Positions 13,168-27,284 of a DNA stretch of 64,000 nt are shown here, one piece after another. Below the pieces are notes generated by a model. That model had not been told where the DNA came from. It was given only the letters and a program-made list of their open reading frames with translations, and ran no database searches. Every line of letters begins with the position of its first letter. Position 1 is the first letter of the stretch. Origin of the DNA: the human T2T-CHM13v2.0 reference genome, Homo sapiens; the NCBI RefSeq assembly GCF_009914755.1, contig NC_060926.1; one strand, 5' to 3'. The position numbers and the translations under genes were made by a program.

Positions 13168-14544
13168 TAGGGTCATCTCTTATCATGTCACCATTCATTC
13201 ACTTATCCACAAATAACTTTGAGCTCTAACAGAGAAGACACTGGCTGGATTCAGGGGTGAGGATAACCCCTGCTTTCACAGAACTTACTCTCCACCCTCT
13301 CTGTTGAACTCCATTTGGCCAAATATTTCTCAGGAAACCTGAAGGAGAGCCTGTTTCCAATGCCCTGAGACGTAAGGTCATACAGATTGCAAATGGTGAC
13401 TTCTGTCTTCACTCATCACCTTGTGCTTACCAGGGAGCTGGAAGATGTCCCTCATGAGGAGAAGCTACCTAAGCAAGGACATTCGCAAGCCATCAGCATT
13501 AGTCATCTTTTATATAAAAATCACATTGTTCTGGAAGGTGGCCATCCTGTTACACTGTTCAAAGCACAGGCAGTGTATCTGGGGACTGTCGACACATGTG
13601 CATGTCTATACTGGTCAGGGAGAAGGAAGCTAATGATTCTAAGTTTGAAAATACTCTGAAGAACAAGGTATATGCCATATGACAGAAGCCTCCAAAGACA
13701 CCTTCCTCCCCAGGAGGGCAAGTCCAAAAGCCTGTGGAAGGGGCCGCGTTGGTTTCACAGGACTCATTAGAGGGAGAACTTCTGAACTGCTGCCGATGAT
13801 GTCAGGATGAACTGTGGTGGACCTAACTCCATCTCATGCCTCCTTCTCAGCAATTTCCACTCTCTGCCAACCTCAACACCTACCAACTGCCAGGCACTGT
13901 CAGTTCTGATCCTGGGCTTGCATTTATTTTGATTCAGTTCAAAGAATTTATGGACAGGAATCTTATCTGAGCTGTCACTTTCACATCATGTTACCATCCA
14001 GCAGGAAGCTGGACTTAAGGTAGCACAAAGCACAAAGGACAGGAAAAGTGGATCCCTGGCAGACACAGGCTTTCCTGGTTTCTCACTGATCAGTGTGTCC
14101 CTGGAGGCTAATCATCCAGAAGAAATCTTGTTATCCTACCAGAAGGATGGTACTCCAGGCCTGCCCCAGCCACTTGGCTCACATTTCAAAGAGGAAATGA
14201 CCCACAGGCTCCCGTTCTGGCCAGTGCTCTGTCTGCATCTACTCATTACTCTTTTATAGCATCGATCAGTCTTTGCTGGGGGGTGGAAACCAGACCCAGC
14301 TCTTCAGGCTGGCAAGTTCCCAAGGCTCGTGCTCAGCAGGCAAATGGGCCAGTGAGAACCATGCACTGGTGAATAATGAAGTCCACCTCCCAGGAGTGGC
14401 CAATACTGCACACCTCCAGGAAGTACCACTGCCAGGGCTGCTCCACTGGTGCATCGGGGACATCTCAGGAGGGTTTCCAGGAGAAGGAAGCTGCAGTTCT
14501 CTCTGGCTGTGCTGCTGCTCATGTGAAATCCCCATTTCCCACTC

Positions 14545-14699
14545 TCACAAGTTCTGGAAGGTGGCCATCCTGTTACACTGTTCCAAGCACAGGCAGTGTA
14601 CCTAGGGACTGTCGACAAGTGTGCATGTCTATATTGGTGGGGTAGAAGGGAGCTAATGATTCTAAGTTTGAAAATACTCTAAAGAACAAGGCATATGCC
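14545..14699 (+). repeat. Third (direct) partial copy of 13521-13677
   Basis: gttctggaaggtggccatcctgttacactgttc...gaacaagg(c/t)atatgcc is repeated ~1.02 kb downstream at ~92% identity. Confidence 0.92.
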
Positions 14700-17600
14700 T
14701 TACAAGAGGAGCATCACAGCTGCAGAAACCACTGCTCTTGACTTTGCAGAAGGAATACACTGGTTGAGCGGCAGATGGTGAAGAGCTCTGAGCCTGAACC
14801 CGATAGGGCCAGGCTTCAACCTTGTCACTAAAATTACCTACTGTGAGATCCCAGGCAAGTTACTCACCAGAGAGCATACTCACCTGCTCCAAAAGTCAGT
14901 TGTGAAGATTCAACGTTTCTGAAAATACATCTGGCAAGTGCTAAATCATAGTTGAATAAGGTTAAATGAGCATTAAGAAATAATCGCCTGGTTATAGATG
15001 CTGAATGGCCCGATCCTAAGACTTTTCTTAGATTTAGGTTCACCTGCTGCTGTGGTTTTGGGGTGCTATTTGCTCTAGTAAAGGACTGTTCTTGCAGGTC
15101 TTCCCATCCATCCCTGTTTTCTGCCACTTCAACAAGGTCCTCCTCTCTGAGCAGCACAATTAGATGGGAGATCTTTTTGCACAGTACCTACAGACATGTC
15201 TCCCAAGGAGAACTCTGGAAATGGCTAGGGGCAGGAAACAGGGCTGGGTTTTTATTTTGTATTTTATTTTATTTTGCAGAAGTCACGGTAAGGGTGGACT
15301 TGAAATTCTCATGTAGACCTGCTTCCCTCTCCATTTCATGAACTCATAGAGCTGTCACCCAGTGTAGGGTTTGGATACCATGCTCACAGTAATATACAGC
15401 CTGCAGATACATCTGTTCTTTGATTCTGGTGGGTGGATAGGAACGAGTCTCACTTCCCTGTTCTGGAACATGATTTCCTACAAAACCTCGATGCCGGCTC
15501 ACTTAGTATGTGATGTTACCTACAGAATTCTTGCTCTTCCCACTCTGCTTCTTCCATGCCTCGTGACACTGGGGTTTCTTCTTTTTCATCTTCCTCTTAA
15601 AGACTATTACTATCTTCTCCTCACAGCTTCACTATCCTATCCATCTGACCTTGTCTTTGACACATCAGCCTCATTTTTGCTGATCTTCTGCCCTCAGGGA
15701 TGATGTCTTTGGTTGGCACTGCTTTCCTCCTGGGGTCTCTGTCACATTTGAGCCATTTCCTTCTAGCTCTCCAGGTCAAGGAGAGCGTCTGTTGTGGTAG
15801 ACAGTGCCATCTCCACCCAACATCAGACACTTCACTTCTGTCTTCCCACCATATCATGAGCTCGATCACTCTGGACAAGGAAACCTGAGATGGGGATGCC
15901 AATTCAAGCTCTCCCATCATCATAGATTTCAAGGGTGTTTTTAAGGTTCCAAATCCCTGTTTTGACTCTCATTTTATGCACGACACTAAAAACTCAGAAG
16001 TGAAAGAGGGAAGGAGTAGAAGCCAGGTGTAAATTCCCACCTCTCACAACTCTGGGCAGCTATAACTTTGAAGACCCACTCTCTTCTTTTCATAAATATA
16101 CCACCTTTCACCACCACCCCAGGGTGGAAGGGTGATTACAATGAATTTTTTTTAATCTACATTGGTTGTAATATTCAAAGAAAAGGTTCTATGAAGCATG
16201 ATGTAAGTTTCAAAGTGTTACTGTCTCTAATACGCAGGTGAAAGACAAAAATTTACTTTTTAGGGTTTAGAAGCAATACCATTATCACATTCATCTTATC
16301 AATATGTTTAAGTTTTTTGAAAGATTAAATGGATAGCTAGGTGCCCATGAGCTCATGATTGTTCTCTTACAGATGGAAGATAAACCTGAACTCTGACTTT
16401 CATATTATATAGGCTGGAGGACTTACTCTCATGTTCTGTCTAAAGCTTTATTTAACTGATGGTCATTGTACTCCTTTGCAGCTCTCAGTACATGGGGAAA
16501 GAAGTTTGTTGATCCTAACAAAGCATAAATTGCACTCATATTTGCTCTTGTTCTAAGGCCAATTTGGGACTTCTAAACATTTTTAATGAGCTTTGTACAC
16601 AAAATCACATATGTCAAAACTCATGCATGCCAGAATTTCTCATCCGAAACCATGCATGGCAGCAAGCAAGTTGAAGCACGTGTCTTCCAGGGCAGTACAC
16701 AGTGGCAGCCACTTGCTACCCTCTAATTTACTAAAAAACCCTGGGTTAGTGTCCCCTTCGTATTTCCCAACAGCTTTCCCAGTCGCTTCTCGATTCCTTC
16801 CATCACTTAGTGAAGACACTACAAATACCTCCTTCATGAGATTCTGATGGGATTCTACATGCCAGGGTTGCCAGAGAACCCATGCATCATGAATTCTTCA
16901 GGAAGGCAAATTGCATCTAGAGTCCCTCAAGTTGTTGTATATTCTGATTCTTCCCCATAAAAAATATTTTAATGCAGAAATTAGCTACATATGAAGTTAT
17001 TAAAAAGGTGTCCTGTGACTGAGGGAAACTTGGAGAAGTCAGGTAAGTATAGTCAAAAAGGTTTGGCAGATGAGGTTGAGGAAGCCAACATGCAGTAATA
17101 ACCAATTTGTGTGTTGCAAAAGCTAGACCAGTATTTTTCCACCATTAGCATCAAATTCTCAGAACCCGCCCTATATGATCTCATGCATAATTCACACCTT
17201 AGCACCACTAAATCCTGTTTCCTCTGGATTTTAGAGCCTTAGAAGAAAAGTACATCAACTCATTTCAGCACCTATGGGCAGTATACCGTCACATGACTTT
17301 CCTGTATTTACAGGGTATAAGGAAGTCATAATAAAAGGGGGAAGTGATTGACAGAAAGATACCTACAGACAGTTAGGACATAAAATGTATCAGATAATAA
17401 ATACATCTACGATCTTCCAAGACAGATCCACAAAGCAGGAGATCTCACTACATGCTGTTGAACAGATGTGAGGGGCTTCCCCAATGCTCCCCACAGAAAC
17501 ACTGATGATTTTGGTCTGACACACGTGTATGGCATGAGAAAGATCCCGCTATATGTGAGAACAACCCCTTTTTAATACTCACTTACCCACACTCCTCCCA

Positions 17601-19566
17601 GAGGCCCTGTAGACAGAGTTATACCATTGTTCACACACCAGGGACTAGGACCAGCACCACAGCATTCCCCTAAATGCTGCCTCAGACCTGCCTGAAGTTT
17701 ATTCTTAAACAAGAATATTAGAAGAGAAAAGAGATAAAATAATTACTATAGTATTTAAAGATCCAAATCACCTTTAATGATAATTTCTATTATAGTTAAA
17801 TAATTAATTTTCACCTTTTGCCTAAGCAAAAAGGTATGTAAGGAAAGAAGGAGCTCAGCAAGTAGTTATAATATTACTCTTAACATTTTTTAAACATTTA
17901 TTTAATAGGAAAATGTTATTGCAAATGAACTGTAATGTGAACTTTCAACTTCACTTGTACAAACATTATCTTTGGAACATATTTTTCTACTACCCTGTCC
18001 TATTCCTTTTTTTTAGATTGAAACAGAATGATTATAGTCATTTGCCATAATACCTAACGTCGTCTGACAGTTTAAAACAGTGGTCTCAAAAGGTATGTCA
18101 TAACTGGCACGTCCTCAACAGTACCTTATCGTTCTGTAGCTCATCTCAGTAGAAATATCAAGACCTATCAAGCCACTAATGCCTTATTCTGCCTGTCTGA
18201 TGGCCCATTTGGTATTTGACAATGCCAATTCCTCTGTCCTCACATTTACTGTTGACTTTTCTGCATTTGCTCACTGGGATTGTCATTCACTCTAACCTGG
18301 GCTTCCTCACATAGCACACAAAATGTTAACCACATGTCCTAACATCTTTCACACCAAAACTGAGGCCAATTCCACCACTCTTCAGGAGCACAGTCAGCCC
18401 AAGCTTTCTCACATGAGAAAGTGGAGTGACTCACTTCTAATCAAGAGGGACATGGTGTGTAAGTGCATATAATTACATGCAGTAAAAGCAACCTGACTCA
18501 TTTGAAAAAGGCTATAAAAGTTGGGTCTCTCCCAACTGCAAAGTACCAGAAGGTATCTAATTCAAGCCCACACAATCATGAAGTAGTAATTCTGAATTCA
18601 TTTACCAAATCCTAAAATACTGGAATAAGGCACACCCTCTACAACTCAAAGTATAAGACAAATAAAAGGAAGGCAATCATCCACAGAGGAATAATGGTAC
18701 AAAACTCATTCATCTCAACATATGGTCCCGGGTATGGAATAAAAGGTGACGCAGAAGGAGTATGGACACATCAATATGCCACTGAGTCACGGATGGCTTC
18801 TCAGAAAGACCTAACCTGTAAAGCTGCATCAGGGAAAAAGGTTTCCCTCCAAGGTGTATTCTTTGGGGCTCCCATTGGCCAACTCTTAATTGGACCATGG
18901 ATCTCATTCTTATTGGTGATTCTTATGTTCCTGCCAGTAGACTGGAAGTACCTGGTAATTAATAATAACCAGAGAAGAACCACTGCCCCCCAGATGCCTG
19001 TGGAGTCACTAATTTTATCATTCCTTGAAGTGCAGGTATCACACAAGTGCAGAATCTGATGGGCCAGCAATTTGGTCTCAACACTGGAATGTCCAATGGC
19101 AGGCTAGAGCCTGGAATTTCCCTCACAAAAGCAGGCAAGCAAGCTCTTCATGCCCTTTTAAGCAGTGCTATGTGTTGGTCATGCAAAATCAAAGAATCAG
19201 AACATCCACTTACTTTGTAAGCTGTTTGACAAAACTAATGATTGCCTTTTCATACAGGTTACCTTTCTCAGCAATGTAATTTCTCCTAAAAGTAATGATC
19301 ACATAATTCTCTTTCAACAAGTATCTAAATTTGAAAACCATATAGAGAACAGTTCCAAAAGACAGGTATATATTCAATCAACTGATACTTTTTTAAGTCC
19401 TACTATGTTCTAGGCACTGCTATAGTAATTATGGATACTGATGAAGTCTGCTTTCATGAAGAGGCTAGCTTTGGCAGGAGATGGGAGTGGAGAGGAAGTT
19501 AATCAAGGAATTGCAAACAACGTAAAACCACAACAGATGGGGTCTCCAAAGGAGAGGCATATATGG

Positions 19567-19755
19567 GGTATGCTGATAAAAGTTTAACAACCAGCTCTCT
19601 GAGGAAGCTCTGATTTGTAGACTCTGCCAATTTTCATTGTGTAAACACTCCCAGTATGGCCAATACCAACATGATATCATATGGCCTGCAAAATTCCTGG
19701 AAATTTCACAACCAGCAGGTACAAGACTAGTATAATCTGGCTCCAGAACACCACT
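19567..19755. mobile_element. MER63-like hAT element
   Basis: tttaacaaccagctctct...gtgtaaacactccca...aaaattcctggaaatttcacaacc...ggctccagaacaccact. Confidence 0.55.
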
Positions 19756-20340
19756 TATATAAGAAGAAGCTGAGCTAGAAAAGGACATGGAATGCTTGAG
19801 AAACAATAGACCACCCCAGGGTTCTAACACTTAAGTCCTGGATCTCAAACATTCCATCCCTGGCACCAAAATAGCATAATGGTGGACTGGATGCACCTGG
19901 TAATTAATAATAACCAGAAAAGAACCATTGGCTCCCAGGTACCCATCTACTTGTCAGACATGGTGTTACTCCTTTAAGCCAATTATGCTCAAAATAAGGA
20001 GTTTGTCCCTCCTAGAAAACACATCCAAACTCACAAAATAGTTTCATTTAATAATAAATTCCCCCCTTGTCACCCACACCACCAAAAAACACCAACATTT
20101 TTTCAGTCATTCTTCAAGTAAATTCCATATCCTTTGCTATAGTCACCCACCTCAGTCCCTGAGTCGTGGGCAGCCACACAACACCGCTCAAGGGGGCACT
20201 CGAGGAGAATGAAAACAACTTAACAATAGTATTTCTCTAGGAAATACTATTCTTTCAAAGTTTGTGAATCCTCACCCCAAAATCTCATTCAAATTCAGTG
20301 GAGTTCATTTAATAGGTTAAGGAATTGTATACCTCTGCCT

Positions 20341-20343
<3 letters not shown>

Positions 20344-20380
<37 letters not shown>
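20344..20380. repeat. (CA)n microsatellite
   Basis: Uninterrupted CA run. Confidence 0.95.
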
Positions 20381-20382
<2 letters not shown>

Positions 20383-21079
20383 TGTATCGTATAACATGTT
20401 TATAAATTTATAAAAACATAATTATGTATTTTTTAATTTAGTAAATGTCATCTCAAGAACTAGAAGCAGGCACAACAGATTGCCAGATCCTCTGCACGTA
20501 TTTCAGAGAAAACCATATTAAAGGTTTGAATCAAATGAATAGAAATCATTTGAAATGTAAGCAAGAGGGCATATGGGGAGATGGCACCCAAGAAGGCAGG
20601 AGAGAATTCCAACAATTTTGAGCCTGAAGGCCACCGCTGAAGGCTGCACTCCATTTAGAAGCATAATGACATTTGAACAGGTGAGGACACATGTGAAAAC
20701 TAGTTCACAAATTTAGCCCACAATCTCTCCCAAACTCCAGTATAAAATTCAGCAGACGATAGGCTGAAACTTCCTAAGAAACCTTGTACATAGAATGTTT
20801 TAATTAAAATTTGATGAATATGTATTCAGCTCCTAAGAACTTCAGAAGACTCAATATTTTCTGATTAGTATAACTAAGGGTAACTTTCATTTGCCTAGTA
20901 AGTTTGCTTCTCAAACTGTAGCTAAATATTTCACTGAGGTTTTCAAAATACTCACAAAGAGCCCACTGATCCTGCTTCTTATTTCTTCTTACTGATATAA
21001 TCAGCTAAGCAAATGGCATCTTAAAAGTTAAACTGGTTACTTCATCTCATAATCACATACCAGGATAGAAAAGATAAAG

Positions 21080-21423
<344 letters not shown>

Positions 21424-22119
21424 TCAAGACTGGTTATCAGCAAGGGTTATTGCTTTCAACAAGATTGAACTATACAACTGTAAAGATGGACAAAAATTTC
21501 CAGGAAAACTAGGAAAACAAATTTATTTTGTAAGATAGTTAATTATTTAACATATTAATTATAATTTAATAGCATAAAGTTTGACTTTTGCCACAGGTAA
21601 ACAAATTAATAAAAATCCACACTGATGACAATAACTCCATCAACTGAATACCTTCTATGCAGTAGGCAGTCCAGTTGGTGGTTTTTACACATAACTTATG
21701 TAAGTCTCATGCCCCTACCCCCCTCTTAGATATATATTGTTACCCCATTTTATGGATGAGGAAACCAAGGCTCAGCAGATTTCGTAATTTGTCGAAGATC
21801 ATGACACTGCAAGTCGTTCTGAAGTCTGAATTCCAAAGAGGATATTCTTAACCTTGACACGTTGCTGCCTCCCCACCAACTAGAGCTCTTATCAATAGTT
21901 ATTCAGCATTCACCAAGAAATCATGAAGTCCATAAATTGTGAATGTCAAAGAAAATGCACAGTAAAGAAGTCCACATTTTTCCCAGTTTACAAATAGGCT
22001 GGTTTTAAAATTTGTTTAGAAATCAAAGCACATTTTCCTGAAGAAAAAAAGGAAAGAACAAGAAAGGAAAGAAAACAAAATAATTGGGTTATCAGGTCAG
22101 TTCAGAAAAGCCTAATTCC

Positions 22120-22208
22120 TGATGATGATGACAATGATGATGGTGACGATGATGATGATGGTGGTGATGATGATGATGGTGACAATAATGATCATGATGG
22201 CGATGATA
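22120..22208. repeat. Imperfect (GAT)n repeat
   Basis: gatgatgatgacaatgatgatggtgacgatgat... Confidence 0.9.
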
Positions 22209-22611
22209 CCAGCACATGTGGCCAGGCACTCATACTAAGTACTTTACACATATTTAATAACATACCTCAATGGCCATAGGGTGCCAGAAATGCATCTCTT
22301 GACTTTGTGCAGAGATTTTCCCCAGGAGCCAAAGTAGGGATGGGGGCTGGGGGCTGGGGGCTAGGGCATCATGGGGGCTGTACAGCAGGGGCAAGGGCAA
22401 CATTTACAAGTGGGAGGAGGTTGCCTTCATGGGCAAACATTTGCCTTCCTCCTCTCCTGTGCAGAGCACTGTGTTAGGGGCTGGGGAGAGATGAATAAGA
22501 CACCTAAGGCTGGTCTTGTGGGAGAGCTGATACTGAGACCCTTTCAACAGTCTGAAAAGTGCAATGGTAACCATTTTCCAGATGCTGCTGAGAACAGGAG
22601 ATAGTACCTAC

Positions 22612-22615
<4 letters not shown>

Positions 22616-22654
<39 letters not shown>

Positions 22655-22668
22655 AGAGAGAGAGAGAG

Positions 22669-22690
<22 letters not shown>
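22616..22690. repeat. Compound (GT)n(GA)n(GT)n microsatellite
   Basis: Directly visible. Confidence 0.95.
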
Positions 22691-22712
<22 letters not shown>

Positions 22713-23819
22713 GGGGCTAAGGAAAGGCACAGTGTCAGGCAGGGCTTCCAATAGGAGGTGATGGCTGAGCTGAACTTTAAAGGATGAGCATGAAATTGAT
22801 GATAGGAGGAGCTAGGGGAACAGATTTAAATGTCTGAATTCTCTCCCGAGCACCCACCATTCCACCCCATCCCCCTCTTCATCGGCTCTTCCTCCTCTAC
22901 CCGGATTTCAAATATTTGTTTTTCCTTCTCTTCTCACTATACATGCTCACCCTGGACAATTGCACCCACTCCCATCCTTTCTCTTTCCATTTCCCTCTGG
23001 AGATGTCTCTGCTGAGCTCCAGAGGAACACCTCCAACTAAGTGCCAAACATCTCATCGAAATGTCTGCTGGGCCCCTCAGACTTTACGTACCTCAAACTG
23101 AGCTCCTGTCTTCCCCTCTAGAGCTGGAAATTTACCTTGAATTTACCGCTCATCCAGTGAGTGACAGAAGTATTATGAGTGAGTGGAATTTACCACTCAT
23201 CCAGTGAGGGGGCAGTTTACTTGGAGGTGGACAGACCTGGCTGTACTTTCTACCATAATCTGCGGTATAAATTCCTATCAAATCTGGTCTTCATGATTAG
23301 CACCTATTTATGCCCCACAGTTTACAGCAAAAATTAGAAAGCAGTATGGGCTGTTTTCCAAATGAAACTAATTTAAAATAATTTACTTTTTTGAAGAATT
23401 ATAATGAGAATCAGTAGTTACAGATAATTTCGATGAAAGCTAATCTCATGACCTAGTAAAAATAAAGAGACTGAGCATATGGTTTGGAATAAATGCGATT
23501 CTCTAAAATGCAATCTGGATAATCACTGAATTATTATAATCATTCTCAGGCATGTTTTTATCTTTGTTGATTTTTTTCCATCCACCAGGACTGTGGTCGT
23601 ATAATAATAACACAACAAGTTTAGAGGACTCTGATCTTTGGTTGCTTAGCAACTTGCAGCTTTGACGAGAATAAAGGATAAAGGGTCCATAGCAAAATAA
23701 TGCTGTTTGCAATTCAACAGTTATTTAAAAGTTTTAGAATTATTAAAACTGTTCTGTTTTAAATAAAACTATGCAAATGAATAAATACTTCACAGGATCA
23801 GTCATCGTTTTTATTTCTA

Positions 23820-23948
23820 TCATACTCTGAATTTGTGGTTGGAGTCAATCACTGAATGGATGACCCAGATTTACTAATTTGAACTCATACTCTGAATTTG
23901 TGGTTGGAGTCAATCACTGAATGGATGACCCAGATTTACTAATTTGAA
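23820..23948. repeat. Perfect 64-bp tandem duplication (period 65)
   Basis: tcatactctgaatttgtggttggagtcaatcactgaatggatgacccagatttactaatttgaa at 23820-23883 and 23885-23948. Confidence 0.95.
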
Positions 23949-24264
23949 TAAAAATATGATGAGAACACTGTTTAACATGGCAGAGTCATTGTTCCTTCCA
24001 TAGCAGAGCTCATAATGTTGCTGGGAAAACTAAATGGAAAATGCATTTAAATTACGAAAGGTAAAAGGTGGTGCCCATCCTATAGTCCCTGCTCAGTAAA
24101 CGCTAGCTGTCATCATCACTATCACTATTATCGTCATTAAAGAGAAATGGATAAACGGGCCTGTGTAGAGAATTCAGCAAATGGCATGCATCCTACAATG
24201 AGCATTCTTCCATTTCAGTGGTTGCAAATGTCAGTTAGCATGTTCCTCATTCCTTCATTTATTT

Positions 24265-24670
24265 TTTATTCATTCAACAATGGTCATTGAGCAACTATAG
24301 ATGCCAGGTGCCATACCAGGCACAGAGCAAACAACTGGGAACATACTAGACAAAGTGCCTGTCACGGTGTGGACAGATAGCAAACGAGTAAACACATCAA
24401 TGTAAGTCACTACAAGAACTGAGAAGGGCTCAAGCAAGGGGCTAAGGTCAGTGTGAGGCATCGGAGGAGGGCTCCTTCAGGAGGGGAGGCTTAGTGGGCA
24501 CCTGAAGGATGAGGGTGACCCATGCATGGGTAGAGCTGAAAGAAGAGGGAGTTTTTCGTGACAGGATGTGCAAAGGGCCTGAGGCAGAAAAGAGCCCATA
24601 TGTTTGTGCTGGGTGCCCCTCCGAGAATGGGATGGACAAAGTGGGCTGGGGTAAAGGAGAGATTGGAGAG
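24265..24670. mobile_element. L2 fragment
   Basis: attcattcaacaa...attgagcaactatagatgccagg...atgtgcaaagggcctgaggcagaaaagagc. Confidence 0.6.
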
Positions 24671-25828
24671 GGAGCTGGATTTGTGTTCTTATGAAAATAT
24701 TATTTTCATACTTTGCCAGGGCCTCTCAAAGTCACATTTAGTCAGGCAAATACACCCACATTTGCACTCCCCACAGAATGGAGGCCATGTCTATGGGATG
24801 GTGCCACTGACTGTTCATCTGGCACAGCTACAGCCTTGCCCCCACTCCCAGCCCGCACTACCACCGTCACCACCGCTGTCACCACTGCCACCCAGTCAAC
24901 CTGCACCCAGGTTCTGAGTCAGCTTTCACCATCATTACCATGGCTGTCCTGGGATGCTGCAGCATGGTGGACTCTGGAATGGTCCAGGAAAGACACAGCT
25001 CTGGCCAACCTGACTTAGCCTGGGGGCTAGAGCAGGCAGAAATTCTAGAAATTCAAACAAGCCAACAGAGGCAAACCCCAGAGACTTTATGGGCTCACAC
25101 CTCATCCTGACTCCAGCCCTCCCTCAGGGTGGCTCAGAGACCACCGCACCCCATCTCTGACCTATCTAGCAAGAAGCCCTACCCAGGCCTGTCTTCTGCT
25201 GCTCCTCCATGAGCTGACTCCAGCCTGACTCCAGCACTCACTCAGCTCACAAACAAATCCTGCTGATAGAGGAGTGACTGTTGGCTGAATGCCATATTGC
25301 CATCCCAACAGTCCAGACACGAACCTCCTGACTGTCCTTAAAACCGTAAGCCAAACAGGTGGCTTTAATTGTAGAAATTCCCATCAAACCAACATGCTAG
25401 GGAAGAGGAGTCTTTTGTGGACTTACAATCAATTCCCTTCACATCATAACACAATGTGTACAGAAAAACTGCAAATGAAGCCAAAATCCCAAAATCTTTA
25501 CATAACTTAAAGGTACAAGACTTGACTTTTCAATGTCACTCTGTCAAAGATTAGGGTATCTTTCTTTCCAATTTTATTTTATGCACCTTAACATAATTTT
25601 GATTATAGCACTGATCAATTTTGTGTCTTCTTTTTTCTTTTCATATAATTTCATAGATGCAAGATTGTCTTTAAAAACATCTTTTGCAGTGGCTAAGCTC
25701 TGTCATAGAGCTATGCCATTATTTAAACATTCTCCTATTAACTTGAAAACATTTAGGTGTTTTCCTATTTTGGACTATTACAAATAATGTTTTGATGAAT
25801 ATCTCTGTTTATACAAATTTCCAACTTC

Positions 25829-26130
<302 letters not shown>

Positions 26131-27284
26131 CAAATTTCCAACTTCTTTCTAAGGACAAGCTCCAAAAAGGGATATTATGAAATCAAAAGATTTAAGGTTC
26201 TTAATTCATGTTGTCTAATTGCTTTCCAGAAAAATGAACAAATTTCCATACCCCCAATTGATAGAGGTGCCCATTTCACTTCAAGAAGTATATTTTTAAT
26301 GAAATTTGACACTACTTATCTGTCACAACATTTTAATATCTGTAGCTGCCAAATTTAGACATAAGGCTAATAGAGTAATTTCACACAATATTTACATAAC
26401 TGGCACTGCTTTGGGTCATACTGATGTCCAGATGGATTCCCAGTCAACTCTACCTTAACTGTCACCATTTCATTCCTTTCTTCCTGTCCCCTTGATCTGG
26501 CTGGTAATTAAAGTTGGCCAGCAAGTGTTTGGCAAGTTTCCGTTGTGGCATAGAATCTATGCCAATCCACTGCCATGGCAAACCCACATCAGCAAACAGG
26601 TTGGCTGGAAACCTTTCATCTCTCATCAAACGGGATTAAGTAATAGTTTTCCCTAACCTACTTCACCAGAGAAGTACAATCGGGGTGTTAAGAGCTCCTC
26701 CCATGACAGGATACACCAAACGGACCTTCCTGGAAAGGACTGGTCCGCCCACAGGGACACAGTCAGTGCTAAGTCACCTTGAAACTCAAACTTCCCACAA
26801 GTAACACATGGATGTCTACTCTGGCACTCAATCCTGCCTATCCCAGACTTCTCTGTAGCAATCAACAGACGGACGCATGGATTTGTGCAGCTTTGAATTT
26901 TTGCAGCCTCAGCAACATGGAGCAAGCCACACTCCTCCAATTTAATTACGGAAATTTATGGAGAGGAAGAGGGGTTTCCCAGCATCAACTTGAAGACTGA
27001 AATGCAGAAAAGTCTGGGTTTGCATTGGCCAGATACATCCTCTTGGAACCATCTTTGGGTTCCTGGGATCCCACATCCGTAGTTTGTGGAAGATGCCGCT
27101 AGATAATGGGCTTGATTTTTTCAAGATCTTGGCCCTCTAGGCAGCAGGGTGAACCCTTCATGAAATACCACGTTTCTAACACTAGGACCTTTAAAAGCAC
27201 ATATGAAGATTTAATCTATAAGACTGCTTCCTGGGAGACACAGGAAAGTGTATGTCACTTGAGCACATATTTAAAATAAACCTA

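Noticed and set aside
23139-23948. Short direct repeats with spacers as a possible CRISPR-like array
   Set aside because: Only two copies each, eukaryotic intronic context, no cas genes.
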